Source: Schizochytrium sp. TIO01
Taxonomy: Eukaryota; Protista; Bigyra: Labyrinthulomycetes
Direction of reading: 5' to 3'
DNA: 64,000 bases
NCBI GenBank assembly: GCA_004764695.1
Contig: SMSO01000034.1
Coordinates: forward strand, 434,001-498,000
Of this stretch, positions 20,327 to 29,870 are shown piece after piece (the first letter of the stretch is position 1; every line of letters begins with the position of its first letter). Made by a program: the position numbers and the translations under genes. The notes under the pieces were generated by a model. That model searched no databases, was not told where the DNA came from, and worked only from the letters and a program-made list of their open reading frames with translations.

Positions 20327-22390
20327 ATGCGTAGATTTACAACTACTTTGAGACAAGCCGCGAGGGGGATGATCAGTTCCCCCAACGATCCTAGTGCCCA
20401 ATTTAGACCTGTGGAACCTTTTCAAGAGCTGGCTTTGAGAACCATCGATGAGAATAAAACAAAGATCGCGGAGGCATCCGAAAAGCTAAATAAGTCAGAT
20501 GCGCGACTGGATAAGCTTTACAATCAAATGTTTGTCCGTGAGGGCCAAATTGTTGAATTAAAAGACTCGTTTAGCAGCCAAGTGTCAGAAGAAGATGCTG
20601 TTTTTATTAGAGCGCATGTATCAACCCTTGGTGATGATGTGTCAGACGAAGAGGTTAATCGGCATGTTCAACAGCTAAAAGGTAACGAAAAGCGGCAATT
20701 CAAGTCGGCGATGCGAATCTTTAAAGATATCTATGAGCAAGAAACTTTCGTACGGCAAATCCTGAATACGATAGATAACGAAAGTAGACATCGGGGTGAA
20801 GTTTTTGATGAAAGGAGCAAACTTCTAAAGATTAATAAAGAGCTGCTGGACGGTATGAACGAAAAAATATCCCCCGCTCCTGTTATCGATGCCTTAAGCA
20901 CGAAATGTCCAGTCTTGGCTCAAACCGATCCAGGCCAGTCCAATCCAACAGATCTTTCTAACATGAAGAACTACTATGCAACACCTGTGAAAGTACGTAA
21001 ATTGCCTATAAGTTCATTCGTGAGCTATTGCAAGGCAAAGCATTACATTGGGCGCCTCGGAATGACCCATACAACCCACAACGTGGAGAAAATGATGAAA
21101 ATTCTAAAAACTCGTAGATTAGGTGCCGAGGCGTCGATTACCGCACCATTCAGTGACATGTTCAGTATAGTTGAACAAACCTTAAAAGAGGAAGAGAGTC
21201 CTGATCTCCCCAAGGATATCGTTCTTCTTATCGGTAACACGAGACATATTGTAGGCAATGCAGACTTTGGTATACTTTGTCGTAATCACGATCCAGATGC
21301 TGAAGAGGTACCAGTGATTGTTGGCGAATTCAAAGGTCTTGGTTATCAATTCGACGATCTCGCTGAGCACTATTGTGACGCAGGATGTCAAGATGAAGCT
21401 TGTCAGTCGCAGCGGCATACAAAAGACTCAATTGTTCGCCAGTTGTACAATTACATGCTACGAAACGGTGTCTTTGTTGGCATATACACCAACTATAAGC
21501 AGACGTTTGGGTTTTACAGAGACTGTTCAGGAAATTTGCTGACCTCTGAGCCAATTTCAGAAAACACCGAGGGGAATATAGACCAGGGTCAGGTCAGCGT
21601 ACTACAGTTTCTTGCACTCAGTATTATGATTGCCTACGATGGTGCGGTACCCGAATTCGAAGGTAGCGGTATAGATGGTTTGCTTATACCCTGTCCAGAC
21701 GGTCATAAAGGTGGTCTTTGTCAAGGTCACACAAAGCTACCAGAGGCTTGCAATGCGAAAAATGACCACAAAAAAAATAAACATGAAACTTATAATTCTC
21801 CACCGGACGATAGCTTCATCGGTTTACACCTGACTTCAGATGGAGAGCCATTATACTTCATTGATCTACACGATCGGGAGCATCTAGTACCTGGGTCCAC
21901 AGGTCAAGTGGTGCGTGCTCGGATGCCGCTGAAGTCAGGCGAAGTGGACACCGTGTTGAAGATGTTGGACACGTTTAAGGAGCAAGAGAAGATACCTGAA
22001 CTTAAACATGAAGCTTCAATCTACAGGGAACTTGCCTCGCTACAGGGCGAATGCATCCCGGAGTTTGTCGATATTGGTTACTTTAGGGAGGGTTTTCTAT
22101 ACGCTCTTGGCACTGTCTATTCAGGTGAAAATGTTTCGAGTGAGGCAACTTTCAGTAGCGAGTTCGTGGACAAGGCCGTTGAGTCTCTAGTCAAAATCCA
22201 CGACCATGGTGTTTTACACGGCGATTTGAGCAAGAACAATATTCTTCGTCACAAAGAAACAGGAGAACCTATGTTCATCGACTTTGCCTTATCCGAGCGT
22301 GCTGATACTATGAGTTCAGATGACTTCGAGAAGTCTAGGGAAGCGGAGTGTAGGGAACTTCGAAACATACTGACTAAATCTAGTAACTGA
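20327..22390 (+). CDS. Crinkler(CR)-type effector-like protein: coiled coil + PD-(D/E)xK restriction-endonuclease-like domain + atypical protein kinase
   Basis: REase fold: ADFGIL...VIVGEFKG...RQLYNYM...GIYTNYKQTFGF. Kinase: GSTGQV, VLKM, LKHEASIYREL..LQGECIP, HGVLHGDLSKNNIL, FIDFALS. Confidence 0.8.
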   Translation: MRRFTTTLRQAARGMISSPNDPSAQFRPVEPFQELALRTIDENKTKIAEASEKLNKSDARLDKLYNQMFVREGQIVELKDSFSSQVSEEDAVFIRAHVSTLGDDVSDEEVNRHVQQLKGNEKRQFKSAMRIFKDIYEQETFVRQILNTIDNESRHRGEVFDERSKLLKINKELLDGMNEKISPAPVIDALSTKCPVLAQTDPGQSNPTDLSNMKNYYATPVKVRKLPISSFVSYCKAKHYIGRLGMTHTTHNVEKMMKILKTRRLGAEASITAPFSDMFSIVEQTLKEEESPDLPKDIVLLIGNTRHIVGNADFGILCRNHDPDAEEVPVIVGEFKGLGYQFDDLAEHYCDAGCQDEACQSQRHTKDSIVRQLYNYMLRNGVFVGIYTNYKQTFGFYRDCSGNLLTSEPISENTEGNIDQGQVSVLQFLALSIMIAYDGAVPEFEGSGIDGLLIPCPDGHKGGLCQGHTKLPEACNAKNDHKKNKHETYNSPPDDSFIGLHLTSDGEPLYFIDLHDREHLVPGSTGQVVRARMPLKSGEVDTVLKMLDTFKEQEKIPELKHEASIYRELASLQGECIPEFVDIGYFREGFLYALGTVYSGENVSSEATFSSEFVDKAVESLVKIHDHGVLHGDLSKNNILRHKETGEPMFIDFALSERADTMSSDDFEKSREAECRELRNILTKSSN

Positions 22391-22539
22391 TATTCCCTAC
22401 CTTCTTCGAGATGGATAGATAAATAAATGAATAAAAATCTTCAAAGTTTGTTTGATTGGGAGTATTATAATAACTTATTAACTTAGTTTTTAAGTTAAGG
22501 AGTTGTAGACAGATAAAAAATTTTTAACCCTCGTACCGA

Positions 22540-22705
22540 CTGGTGTTTAAAACTCGATTAGCTGATTTTTAGTTCCTACTGGGGTTTAAGAATGGATTAG
22601 TTAATTTTTGTTCCCCTGGGGTTTAAGAGTCTAAAATAGATGACAATTAGTTTCACATAGGGTTTAAGAATGGATTAGCTAATTATTGGTTCCACTGGGG
22701 TTTAC
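22540..22705. repeat. Five ~39-bp tandem units with core CTGGGGTTTAA
   Basis: Cores at about 22540, 22579, 22616, 22657 and 22695. Units 1, 2 and 4 share GATTAG(C/T)T(G/A)ATT...GTTCC. Confidence 0.85.
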
Positions 22706-23612
22706 TTTAACCTCCGTTAAATAATCTTTCCAGATTTTATTCGCACAATTGTTTTTATTTTTATTTTTATTTTTTTTGAGGTGCTAGTAGTAGGTACCCT
22801 TCCTTACCTATTTATTTCTAGATCCATTCTTAGTGCACAATGTTCAAGTTTTTCAGTGAAAGTCACTCCATACAATAAAAGAAATTACGAGAAAACAATA
22901 AACCTAAATCCCGAGAATTAAAGCAGATAGTAGATTAGCGCTGCCATTACTTGCGAGAGAGTGATATTTTAGAACATAATTTAGAGTCTCAAAAGCTGTG
23001 CCCCGCTCACATAATCTCAGACTCGAGCGAAAACGTTCCACAACTTTTAGATCACCTGAACAACAGAAGACCTATACCCTATTATTAAGCTCTAGTTGCT
23101 TGTGGAGTATTTCGCATTGCAGATGCTGCGAGTTCTTCAGACTGTAAGTCGTTCTTTAAAATTTGGTGCTCTCGAAAATTAACATAAAAAAAGAATTTTT
23201 TTTCAGTATTTTTAGTTTTTGTTGATTAAATAAGCATACTTGAAGGTACGCAATTTCGAGTCGAGACTTCAAGTTGCTCCTTATTTGTGATTTGTTCCGA
23301 AACAATATATTGCACACCATGGCTTAACATCATAAAAAGTGAGTAAAGTAAGCAAGGCTGGAGGTTTTATTCCAAGATAAGGCTTCTTCTTAATATTATT
23401 ACTCACGGGTATACGAGTAGAAAGGTTAGTAACGTGTTGGTGCGCAATCTTCTTCTGTCTTATAAAATTTGCTATCACAAGAGATTGTCCCAATAACCTA
23501 TCTGCAGCGAAGACATTTAAGCGATCTTCAAACACCAAACCCCAAACCCCAAGGTCGTTGGGTTTGTACCGTTGGTTAGCCAGCAAATTGGCTTTGGCTA
23601 CTCAAGCCTACG

Positions 23613-24554
23613 ATGGCTTGCTATCCTCGTCGTGGATACACTAGAAATTACCCGCGGAAGGAAAGGGATATCCCGCTTATCGACAGATACTTGCCAAGAG
23701 ACATCCACAAGACATTACTAGCTAGCGAGACAAGAGGTAAAAAGATAATCATTGTTGGTGATGTCCATGGTTGTATGGATGAGCTCAATGAACTTCTAGA
23801 GCATTCTGGATATTCCAAAGGAGATATTCTCATTTTTGTTGGCGATCTTTGTGCCAAGGGCCCAAAGTCCACAGAAGTTGTGCAATTCGCTCGTAGAGAG
23901 AATGCTTATGCTGTCTGTGGCAACCATGAATATTACATTATCCACGATTCGGGCCCTAACAAGGCTGGCACAGAACATTATGAGCTTGCTGAAAATCTCG
24001 AACACGATGACATTAGGTGGCTTCGCAATCTACCCTTTACACTGACCTTAGAGGAGTACAATGTACGCATTGTGCACTCAGGACCTGATCCTGCTTTGAG
24101 AAGCTCCCTGAAAGAAAATCTGTATGCATATACTCATATTCGTGGCATTAATCCGGACAACTACGATGCAACGTTCAAGAATGATGAATATAGTCCTTGG
24201 GCGAAGTTGTGGGGTGCCAAAGAGAGAGGCGAGCATGGGCCCTACACCACACCCCACGTTGTTTTTGGCCACGATGCCTATCGCGGTCTCCAGCAGGAAA
24301 GATTTGCTACAGGTTTAGACACAGGCTGCGTGTACGGAAAACATCTTTCGGCACTACTTCTCCCCACCCAAAAGATCTACCAGGTTCGAGCTCATCATGA
24401 GTACCAAATTCCAGGAGGCGGATACAGACTACGGAGAAAACTGGATGAAGTATTGGCCATATCGGAGCAGCCTCGGGAGTTTTCTCAAAGTCAACTTATC
24501 AAAGACATTCCACACAGAATCATCAGCCACTTTGGAGCAAGAGCATCTCAATGA
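23613..24554 (+). CDS. ApaH-like (ALPH/Ppn2-type) metallophosphoesterase, copy 2 (paralog of 14846-15856)
   Basis: Motifs IVGDVHGC, DILIFVGDLCAKGPKS, GNHE, HVVFGHDA, FATGLDTGCVYG; several blocks are identical to copy 1. Confidence 0.92.
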   Translation: MACYPRRGYTRNYPRKERDIPLIDRYLPRDIHKTLLASETRGKKIIIVGDVHGCMDELNELLEHSGYSKGDILIFVGDLCAKGPKSTEVVQFARRENAYAVCGNHEYYIIHDSGPNKAGTEHYELAENLEHDDIRWLRNLPFTLTLEEYNVRIVHSGPDPALRSSLKENLYAYTHIRGINPDNYDATFKNDEYSPWAKLWGAKERGEHGPYTTPHVVFGHDAYRGLQQERFATGLDTGCVYGKHLSALLLPTQKIYQVRAHHEYQIPGGGYRLRRKLDEVLAISEQPREFSQSQLIKDIPHRIISHFGARASQ

Positions 24555-24785
24555 TCACCTCTGAAGATGTTTGAGAAAATTGAAGATATGAAATATGTTA
24601 TGAAGAAAGAAGAAGAAAAAAAGGCAAAGTCCCCGAAAGATTTTCAAAGCCAATATGGTTCTTGACTTATGAGAATCAACAACTGATTTCCATAGTTCTC
24701 CTGCTGTTAAGAGCAATTTGAACTCAATGATAAAATCTATAAAATAAAAATTTATGAGTGGACTTCTGTCCCAAAAACTTGGATA

Positions 24786-26462
24786 TCACTGGATGTTGAG
24801 ATTGACCCGACGTTTGAAACTAAGATTAACTTGGTGGCTTGTTTGTTCGCGATTATTGCATACACTCATGGTTAACATGAAAGCATAGTGGTAATTATCT
24901 TTCTTCTCGTCTGGAGCAAGCTCAAATGAAAATTTTCCCAGTAGTGTTGCAGCAACCATTTTGGCTTCAAATTGCGCCATGCTCGCCCCGAGGCAAACTC
25001 TATTACCACTTTGAAAAACAGGGAATTTATATTGAAAGTCTGGATCTTGCGCAAAAGGTTCAAATGGAACCCAGCGTTCTGGTCGGAACGCTTCTGGATC
25101 TTCGTAAGTCAAAGGATCTCTCCCCATTGAGTATGGCATGTATCCCAGGCGTACGCCTGGAAGCACGTGCGTGCCATCTGGAAAAACCATTTCTTGAGTG
25201 ACAATTTTACTATCCTCTGGAACAGGTGGTGCAAGGCGGAGCGTTTCGTACAAAACTCCATGTAGGTATGGTGCATTATCAGGCGTAAGCTCTTCAAGAC
25301 GTGGAATACGACAGCCAAACACTTCCCGAACTTCAGATGCGGCTTTTTCTTGAACCTCCGGATTGGTGGCCAAGTAGAAAAACATCCAGGAAAGAGTGCA
25401 GGCAGTTGTATCTCGACCAGCAATGATAAAGTTTAGAATAATGTCACGTAAACGGTGGTCAGGAATACGCTGTCCTCCGTTTGCTTCAGCTTTAAGAAAG
25501 TAGGCCAACAAATCTTGACGCGATTCTAGTATGTCTGGCGTCGACGCTCTGGCAGCTGCAACGTATTTGTCCGTCTCTTCGTGGAGATAGTCCACATTGC
25601 AACGAAATGCTTGATAGTAAGGGTTCGTCATGCGGTATAGTGGCCAAAGAAACCCAGAATGTCGCGAATTCGGGAAAAGGCGCCCAAACGGAAAAGGTAG
25701 TACATGCTTAGTGAGTAAATACAATGGTAGCGTGCGGATTGTGAATTGCATCATTTCCCGGTGAGCTGCATCGAAGGCACTGGCGTAAGGATCCATTTTC
25801 CCTGATACCGAGTCAACCTCCCGGTCGAAGAAAATTTTCTGAATAGAATCGAATGTGAAGGAAAAGAACTTTTCCTGGATGTCGATCGGTTTGTTTGATG
25901 TTGCAGCGTTATCGATAACTTCGACAAGAATATCAAGCTTTTTCGCGAATGCCTGCCACATGAGCTCTTGAAAATTTCCCCGCGTGAAAAGCTTTGAGGC
26001 AGTTTTACGCTGGGTATACCAGATGGCATGGTCTTGCGGTAGAACTTTAGTACCATGGCGAATCACGAAAATCCCTTCTTCACCAAGCCATTCACCTAGA
26101 TTGTCAAAAAGACCATCCTCATCACGACTTGGTTTCGTATTACGATCAAACTCTGTCTTTAGGAAATGCTTGATGAACATGGGTTCTAGGACCATCAGCT
26201 CAGGGTCTGGGCCATGAGTGCGAATAAGTTTTGCCCCAGGATACTGCCTGTGAAATTCCGTCTTGAAATCATGCAGCCGAGACATATTCGCGCGATACTT
26301 TTCTACCTTGAGATCCAATTCAGCACCTGGAAGGTGCTTTAGCGTGCTCATCATCCATTTGGTCCTCCACACAGCTAGCAGGACCTTCACAAGCGAATGA
26401 CACATGGCAAACGCCATATACCACTTCAGTGCCTGCCGCAACTTGGATACATAGCCTCCCAT
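24786..26462 (-). CDS. Cytochrome P450, CYP86/CYP704-clan-like (candidate fatty-acid hydroxylase)
   Basis: I-helix ILNFIIAGRDTTACTLSW, ETLRL, FRPERW, heme motif FQSGNRVCLG, N-terminal anchor. Confidence 0.93.
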   Translation of the reverse strand: MGGYVSKLRQALKWYMAFAMCHSLVKVLLAVWRTKWMMSTLKHLPGAELDLKVEKYRANMSRLHDFKTEFHRQYPGAKLIRTHGPDPELMVLEPMFIKHFLKTEFDRNTKPSRDEDGLFDNLGEWLGEEGIFVIRHGTKVLPQDHAIWYTQRKTASKLFTRGNFQELMWQAFAKKLDILVEVIDNAATSNKPIDIQEKFFSFTFDSIQKIFFDREVDSVSGKMDPYASAFDAAHREMMQFTIRTLPLYLLTKHVLPFPFGRLFPNSRHSGFLWPLYRMTNPYYQAFRCNVDYLHEETDKYVAAARASTPDILESRQDLLAYFLKAEANGGQRIPDHRLRDIILNFIIAGRDTTACTLSWMFFYLATNPEVQEKAASEVREVFGCRIPRLEELTPDNAPYLHGVLYETLRLAPPVPEDSKIVTQEMVFPDGTHVLPGVRLGYMPYSMGRDPLTYEDPEAFRPERWVPFEPFAQDPDFQYKFPVFQSGNRVCLGASMAQFEAKMVAATLLGKFSFELAPDEKKDNYHYAFMLTMSVCNNREQTSHQVNLSFKRRVNLNIQ

Positions 26463-27335
26463 CGTAAACAGACGCTCTCACCACTGTCCCGCAACTTTCT
26501 GCAATCACAAAACTCTTCGATATCCCAGCAATGCTCCCAATTCATCCAGCCAAAACTAATTCTGGGTTTGTATCCCGGGAAGTACGCAGCTTCAAGCCAC
26601 CCACAATTTTTGGGTTCGCCAGCGCAGATTTCATCCTTCATCGCATCGATGCGAAACAAGAAACCGCCCCTACTCCTCCCATCCTATCAACCCCTAGGAG
26701 GCCAACGGGATCTGGCCCAGGGGGGGGGGAGTTCTCATACCAGACTCAGGTCTCCCTGAACTCGGGCTTTTAGTGATACGAGCCAACTTGAAAGAATTCA
26801 GGAATCGCGATCAGCAAGCTCAGTGGTATGCATCTGACTTCGAGAGCGAGGGCGTAGATCCCACTCAAAGATTGGCACCACACCCGTGGCTGAAGATGAA
26901 GTTGGCAAGGACTAGCGAGAGTTTATTTGCCTAAATAGGTGGGGTTGAAAAACCTGTGTGCTTCCTTCCCCTTTGGCCTTTGACGATTGATTGATTGACT
27001 GATTGACATCTGCTGCGCTGGGTAGATAGGTAGGTAGGGGTACCTATGTGAAGGTTGCAGTTAAGCGTGAGGCCTTGGACCTTCGGTGTTTAAGTGTATG
27101 GCGTTGAACTTTCGCGTCGCGGTGAGTGCTCGCGGATACAGAATATGGTGCAGTGCATGGCAAATGCACTGTCAGGGTACTACTATCTGAATAAAATGTC
27201 CGACACTCGAGACTAATTCTCTCTAAAAATTGGGCGTTACGCGAATGAGCACAATGTTTATAATGACGCATTATTATTTATTTTTTTTATGTAGTAGTAT
27301 GGAAGCGCTCGACCTGCAGGTGTTCGGGAGGGCTC

Positions 27336-29870
27336 TTAACGATTCTTCTTGAGGTCGTGGTACATGCCGTCGATGATGTCTTTGTAGGCTTTGTAGATGT
27401 TCGCACGCTTTGTCTTGAAAGTAGGGGTGAGCATGTCATTAGCCTCGCTGAAACCTTGGAGAAGGTGGTTAAGCTTGGACTCGACATAAATTGCGCGAGG
27501 ATACTCGAATTTAGCAAGCTCTTGGATCTGGCAGACCGTGGTGATTTCTTGCAAAATGTACTGATTAATGAGAGGCCCGTAGGTAGGGTCGGTGCAGAGC
27601 TTGTGGTAAGGCTCCAGCCACAGATCAAGTTTGGGAGATAGTACCGGTAGTGCCGACACGGGAATCTCGGGCACTGCACCGCGTTTAAGACGCGGTAGGA
27701 GCTCCTGTGGGTCAGGTACGACGATTGCAACTAGAACAGATTCGTAGGAGTTGCCGTAGACAAAAATTTGGCCTACAACTGGAACTGACTGAAGTAAAAT
27801 TTCCAGTTTTTCTGCTGCAACGTATTCGCCTTGACTTAACTTAAACATGTTCTTCTTACGATCGATAATGGTCAGAGTGCCGTTCGGGTTAACTCGCCCG
27901 ATGTCTCCTGTGTGAAACCAGCCATCAATCTTGACTTCCTTCGTTAGCTCTTCGTTCTTGTAATAGCCTTTGAAAATATTAGGGCCCCGCACCAAGACTT
28001 CTCCGCGAGGTCCAGCCTCGTCATCGATAGTATAGCCAAGCTCTGGAACACTTTCGAGCTTGATTTCTGAGCAAGGAAGAGGAGGTCCGACATGACCGAC
28101 ATTTAGGTCAAATTTGCCACCAACTCCACCGTACATGGCGCTGCAGACACCATGTGTTTCGGTGAGACCATAGCCTTCTACAAGAGGAACATTGAAGCAA
28201 ACACGAACAAATTCCATCACCGAAGGAGCGAGAGGAGCTGAGCCAGAGCACATCAGCCGCACACGTCCACCAAGCGCGGCCTTAACCTGATTAAATACAA
28301 GCATGTCCCAGATCCAATTGCGGTTGCCCTCCCGCGTGTTCATAATCTGTTGCCGAAGAGCATGGTAGCAGATGCGCCTGATGAGGGCAGGTTTAAGCTG
28401 GAACTTTTGAAGGATCACTTGCTGTACCCGCTGAAAGACTCGGGGAACTCCAATGAAAAGTGTCGGGCGCAAAGCCACAGCATCATCAATAAGTTCCTTC
28501 ACGTTACCATGGTAAAAACCAACAGATCCACCTCTCATAATGCCGGCAAGTACTACTGCAATCTCAAATGCATGGGCAAGGGGCAGGTATGACAGATGGA
28601 CATCATCCTCATTGACGACAACAGTCGTGCAGAGCGCTGCTGCACATGCAATCATACCTCCATGGGTCAACATCACACCCTTAGGGTCTCCTGTAGTGCC
28701 CGAGGTATACATAATGAAGGCCATGTCGTCTTCGTCAACATGTTCCTGGACAAAACTATCTGCTCTAGGGACCTTTTTCTCCCCGCCGCTCACTTGTGCC
28801 TCAGACTGCTTATCTTCCTCATCACTGTCCCCGCCCTCACGAAGAAGAACTTCAAAGGGCAAAATTTCAATACCCATGAAATTGCGCGGACCGCGGTGAA
28901 CGTGATCTGGCGAAAGTTCAGGGATGGTCCGGTCCTTGAAGACGTAGACGCGTTCCAAGCTTTCACACCGGGACGATTCATTGTCCGGCTCAGCACTGGC
29001 CGTGGCCTTCAAACGGAGAACCATCTCAAGATTCTCTTCGCTCACGCAGACTGTTGTAAGCTCCGCATGTTTGACGATATGGCGAATCGCCTGAGATCCG
29101 AGGGTGGCGTACAGAGGCACGACAACAATACCTGAGTGTAGTGCAGCAAACATGGCGAGTGCATATTCTTCACAGTTCTTGGCAAAAAGCCCAATCCGTG
29201 CAAGCTTCCTGCGGCCGCCAAGTTTCTTCTCGCAAACAGCAACGTCTGCAAGAAATTCCCCGTAAGTACGGCTCACGTACGGGCCATATGATCCGTCGTC
29301 GTGTACAATTCTCGTTGCGCAAAGTTTGTTTGTCGCGAATAGAATGTTAGCCCTATCAATAGCAGCTCGCACGGTCCTGCATTTATCACCGCAGTCCTTG
29401 TGGTTACGAACGAGCTCCTCCTCAAAGCCAATTTGTCTGCGAGGCCTTGTGGTGGTGTTGGAGGCCTCATCGCTATCGACCTCCACGGATTGCTGGACCT
29501 CATCATTTTCGAGCTGGTCTTTCAGAAAGTTGTCGCCTGGCAGCACGAGTTCGTCTCCAAGACACACGAACCACGTAATCACAGCCAAGACTAAAGAGAT
29601 AGCAACTCCTTCGGGAAGGTCGTCATAATTTTCCTTGCCAGAGGCCATCTCCACTGCGTACGCCACCAGGGACCCGAGGTTGAGGGTCATCATTGCAAAC
29701 ATCCACGCAAGATCACTTGGTGTTGGGTCAAGAAGCCCAAGCTTCCGAGCCATGAAAGACATCAAAAGCATCGAAACGCCACCCATAGCGGCAACGCTTC
29801 CAGCTTCAGAGAGCCATGAATCCTCGCTGGAGCTCTTCTCCAAGGTCATTTCTGCCAATTCCGAGTCCAT
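27336..29870 (-). CDS. Long-chain acyl-CoA synthetase (ACSL/LACS type) with a multi-TM N-terminal extension
   Basis: Motifs MYTSGTTGDPKGVM, SYLPLAHAFE, EGYGLTET, GWFHTGDIG, IIDRKKNMFKLSQGEYVAAEKLE, LTPTFKTKR. Confidence 0.95.
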   Translation of the reverse strand: MDSELAEMTLEKSSSEDSWLSEAGSVAAMGGVSMLLMSFMARKLGLLDPTPSDLAWMFAMMTLNLGSLVAYAVEMASGKENYDDLPEGVAISLVLAVITWFVCLGDELVLPGDNFLKDQLENDEVQQSVEVDSDEASNTTTRPRRQIGFEEELVRNHKDCGDKCRTVRAAIDRANILFATNKLCATRIVHDDGSYGPYVSRTYGEFLADVAVCEKKLGGRRKLARIGLFAKNCEEYALAMFAALHSGIVVVPLYATLGSQAIRHIVKHAELTTVCVSEENLEMVLRLKATASAEPDNESSRCESLERVYVFKDRTIPELSPDHVHRGPRNFMGIEILPFEVLLREGGDSDEEDKQSEAQVSGGEKKVPRADSFVQEHVDEDDMAFIMYTSGTTGDPKGVMLTHGGMIACAAALCTTVVVNEDDVHLSYLPLAHAFEIAVVLAGIMRGGSVGFYHGNVKELIDDAVALRPTLFIGVPRVFQRVQQVILQKFQLKPALIRRICYHALRQQIMNTREGNRNWIWDMLVFNQVKAALGGRVRLMCSGSAPLAPSVMEFVRVCFNVPLVEGYGLTETHGVCSAMYGGVGGKFDLNVGHVGPPLPCSEIKLESVPELGYTIDDEAGPRGEVLVRGPNIFKGYYKNEELTKEVKIDGWFHTGDIGRVNPNGTLTIIDRKKNMFKLSQGEYVAAEKLEILLQSVPVVGQIFVYGNSYESVLVAIVVPDPQELLPRLKRGAVPEIPVSALPVLSPKLDLWLEPYHKLCTDPTYGPLINQYILQEITTVCQIQELAKFEYPRAIYVESKLNHLLQGFSEANDMLTPTFKTKRANIYKAYKDIIDGMYHDLKKNR

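Noticed and set aside
22540-22705. CRISPR array
   Set aside because: The core is only ~11 bp, the spacers resemble one another, there are no cas genes and the context is eukaryotic.
22786-22794. AGTAGTAG as a Polinton/Maverick terminus
   Set aside because: The motif occurs several times in the window (e.g. 7461, 48229, 50818) with no matching inverted terminus and no integrase or polymerase.
26810-26870. tRNA-like AGCTCAGTGGTA...GCATCTGACTTCGA
   Set aside because: There is an A-box-like start and an anticodon-arm resemblance, but no GTTCGA T-arm or acceptor stem; at most an unsupported relic.
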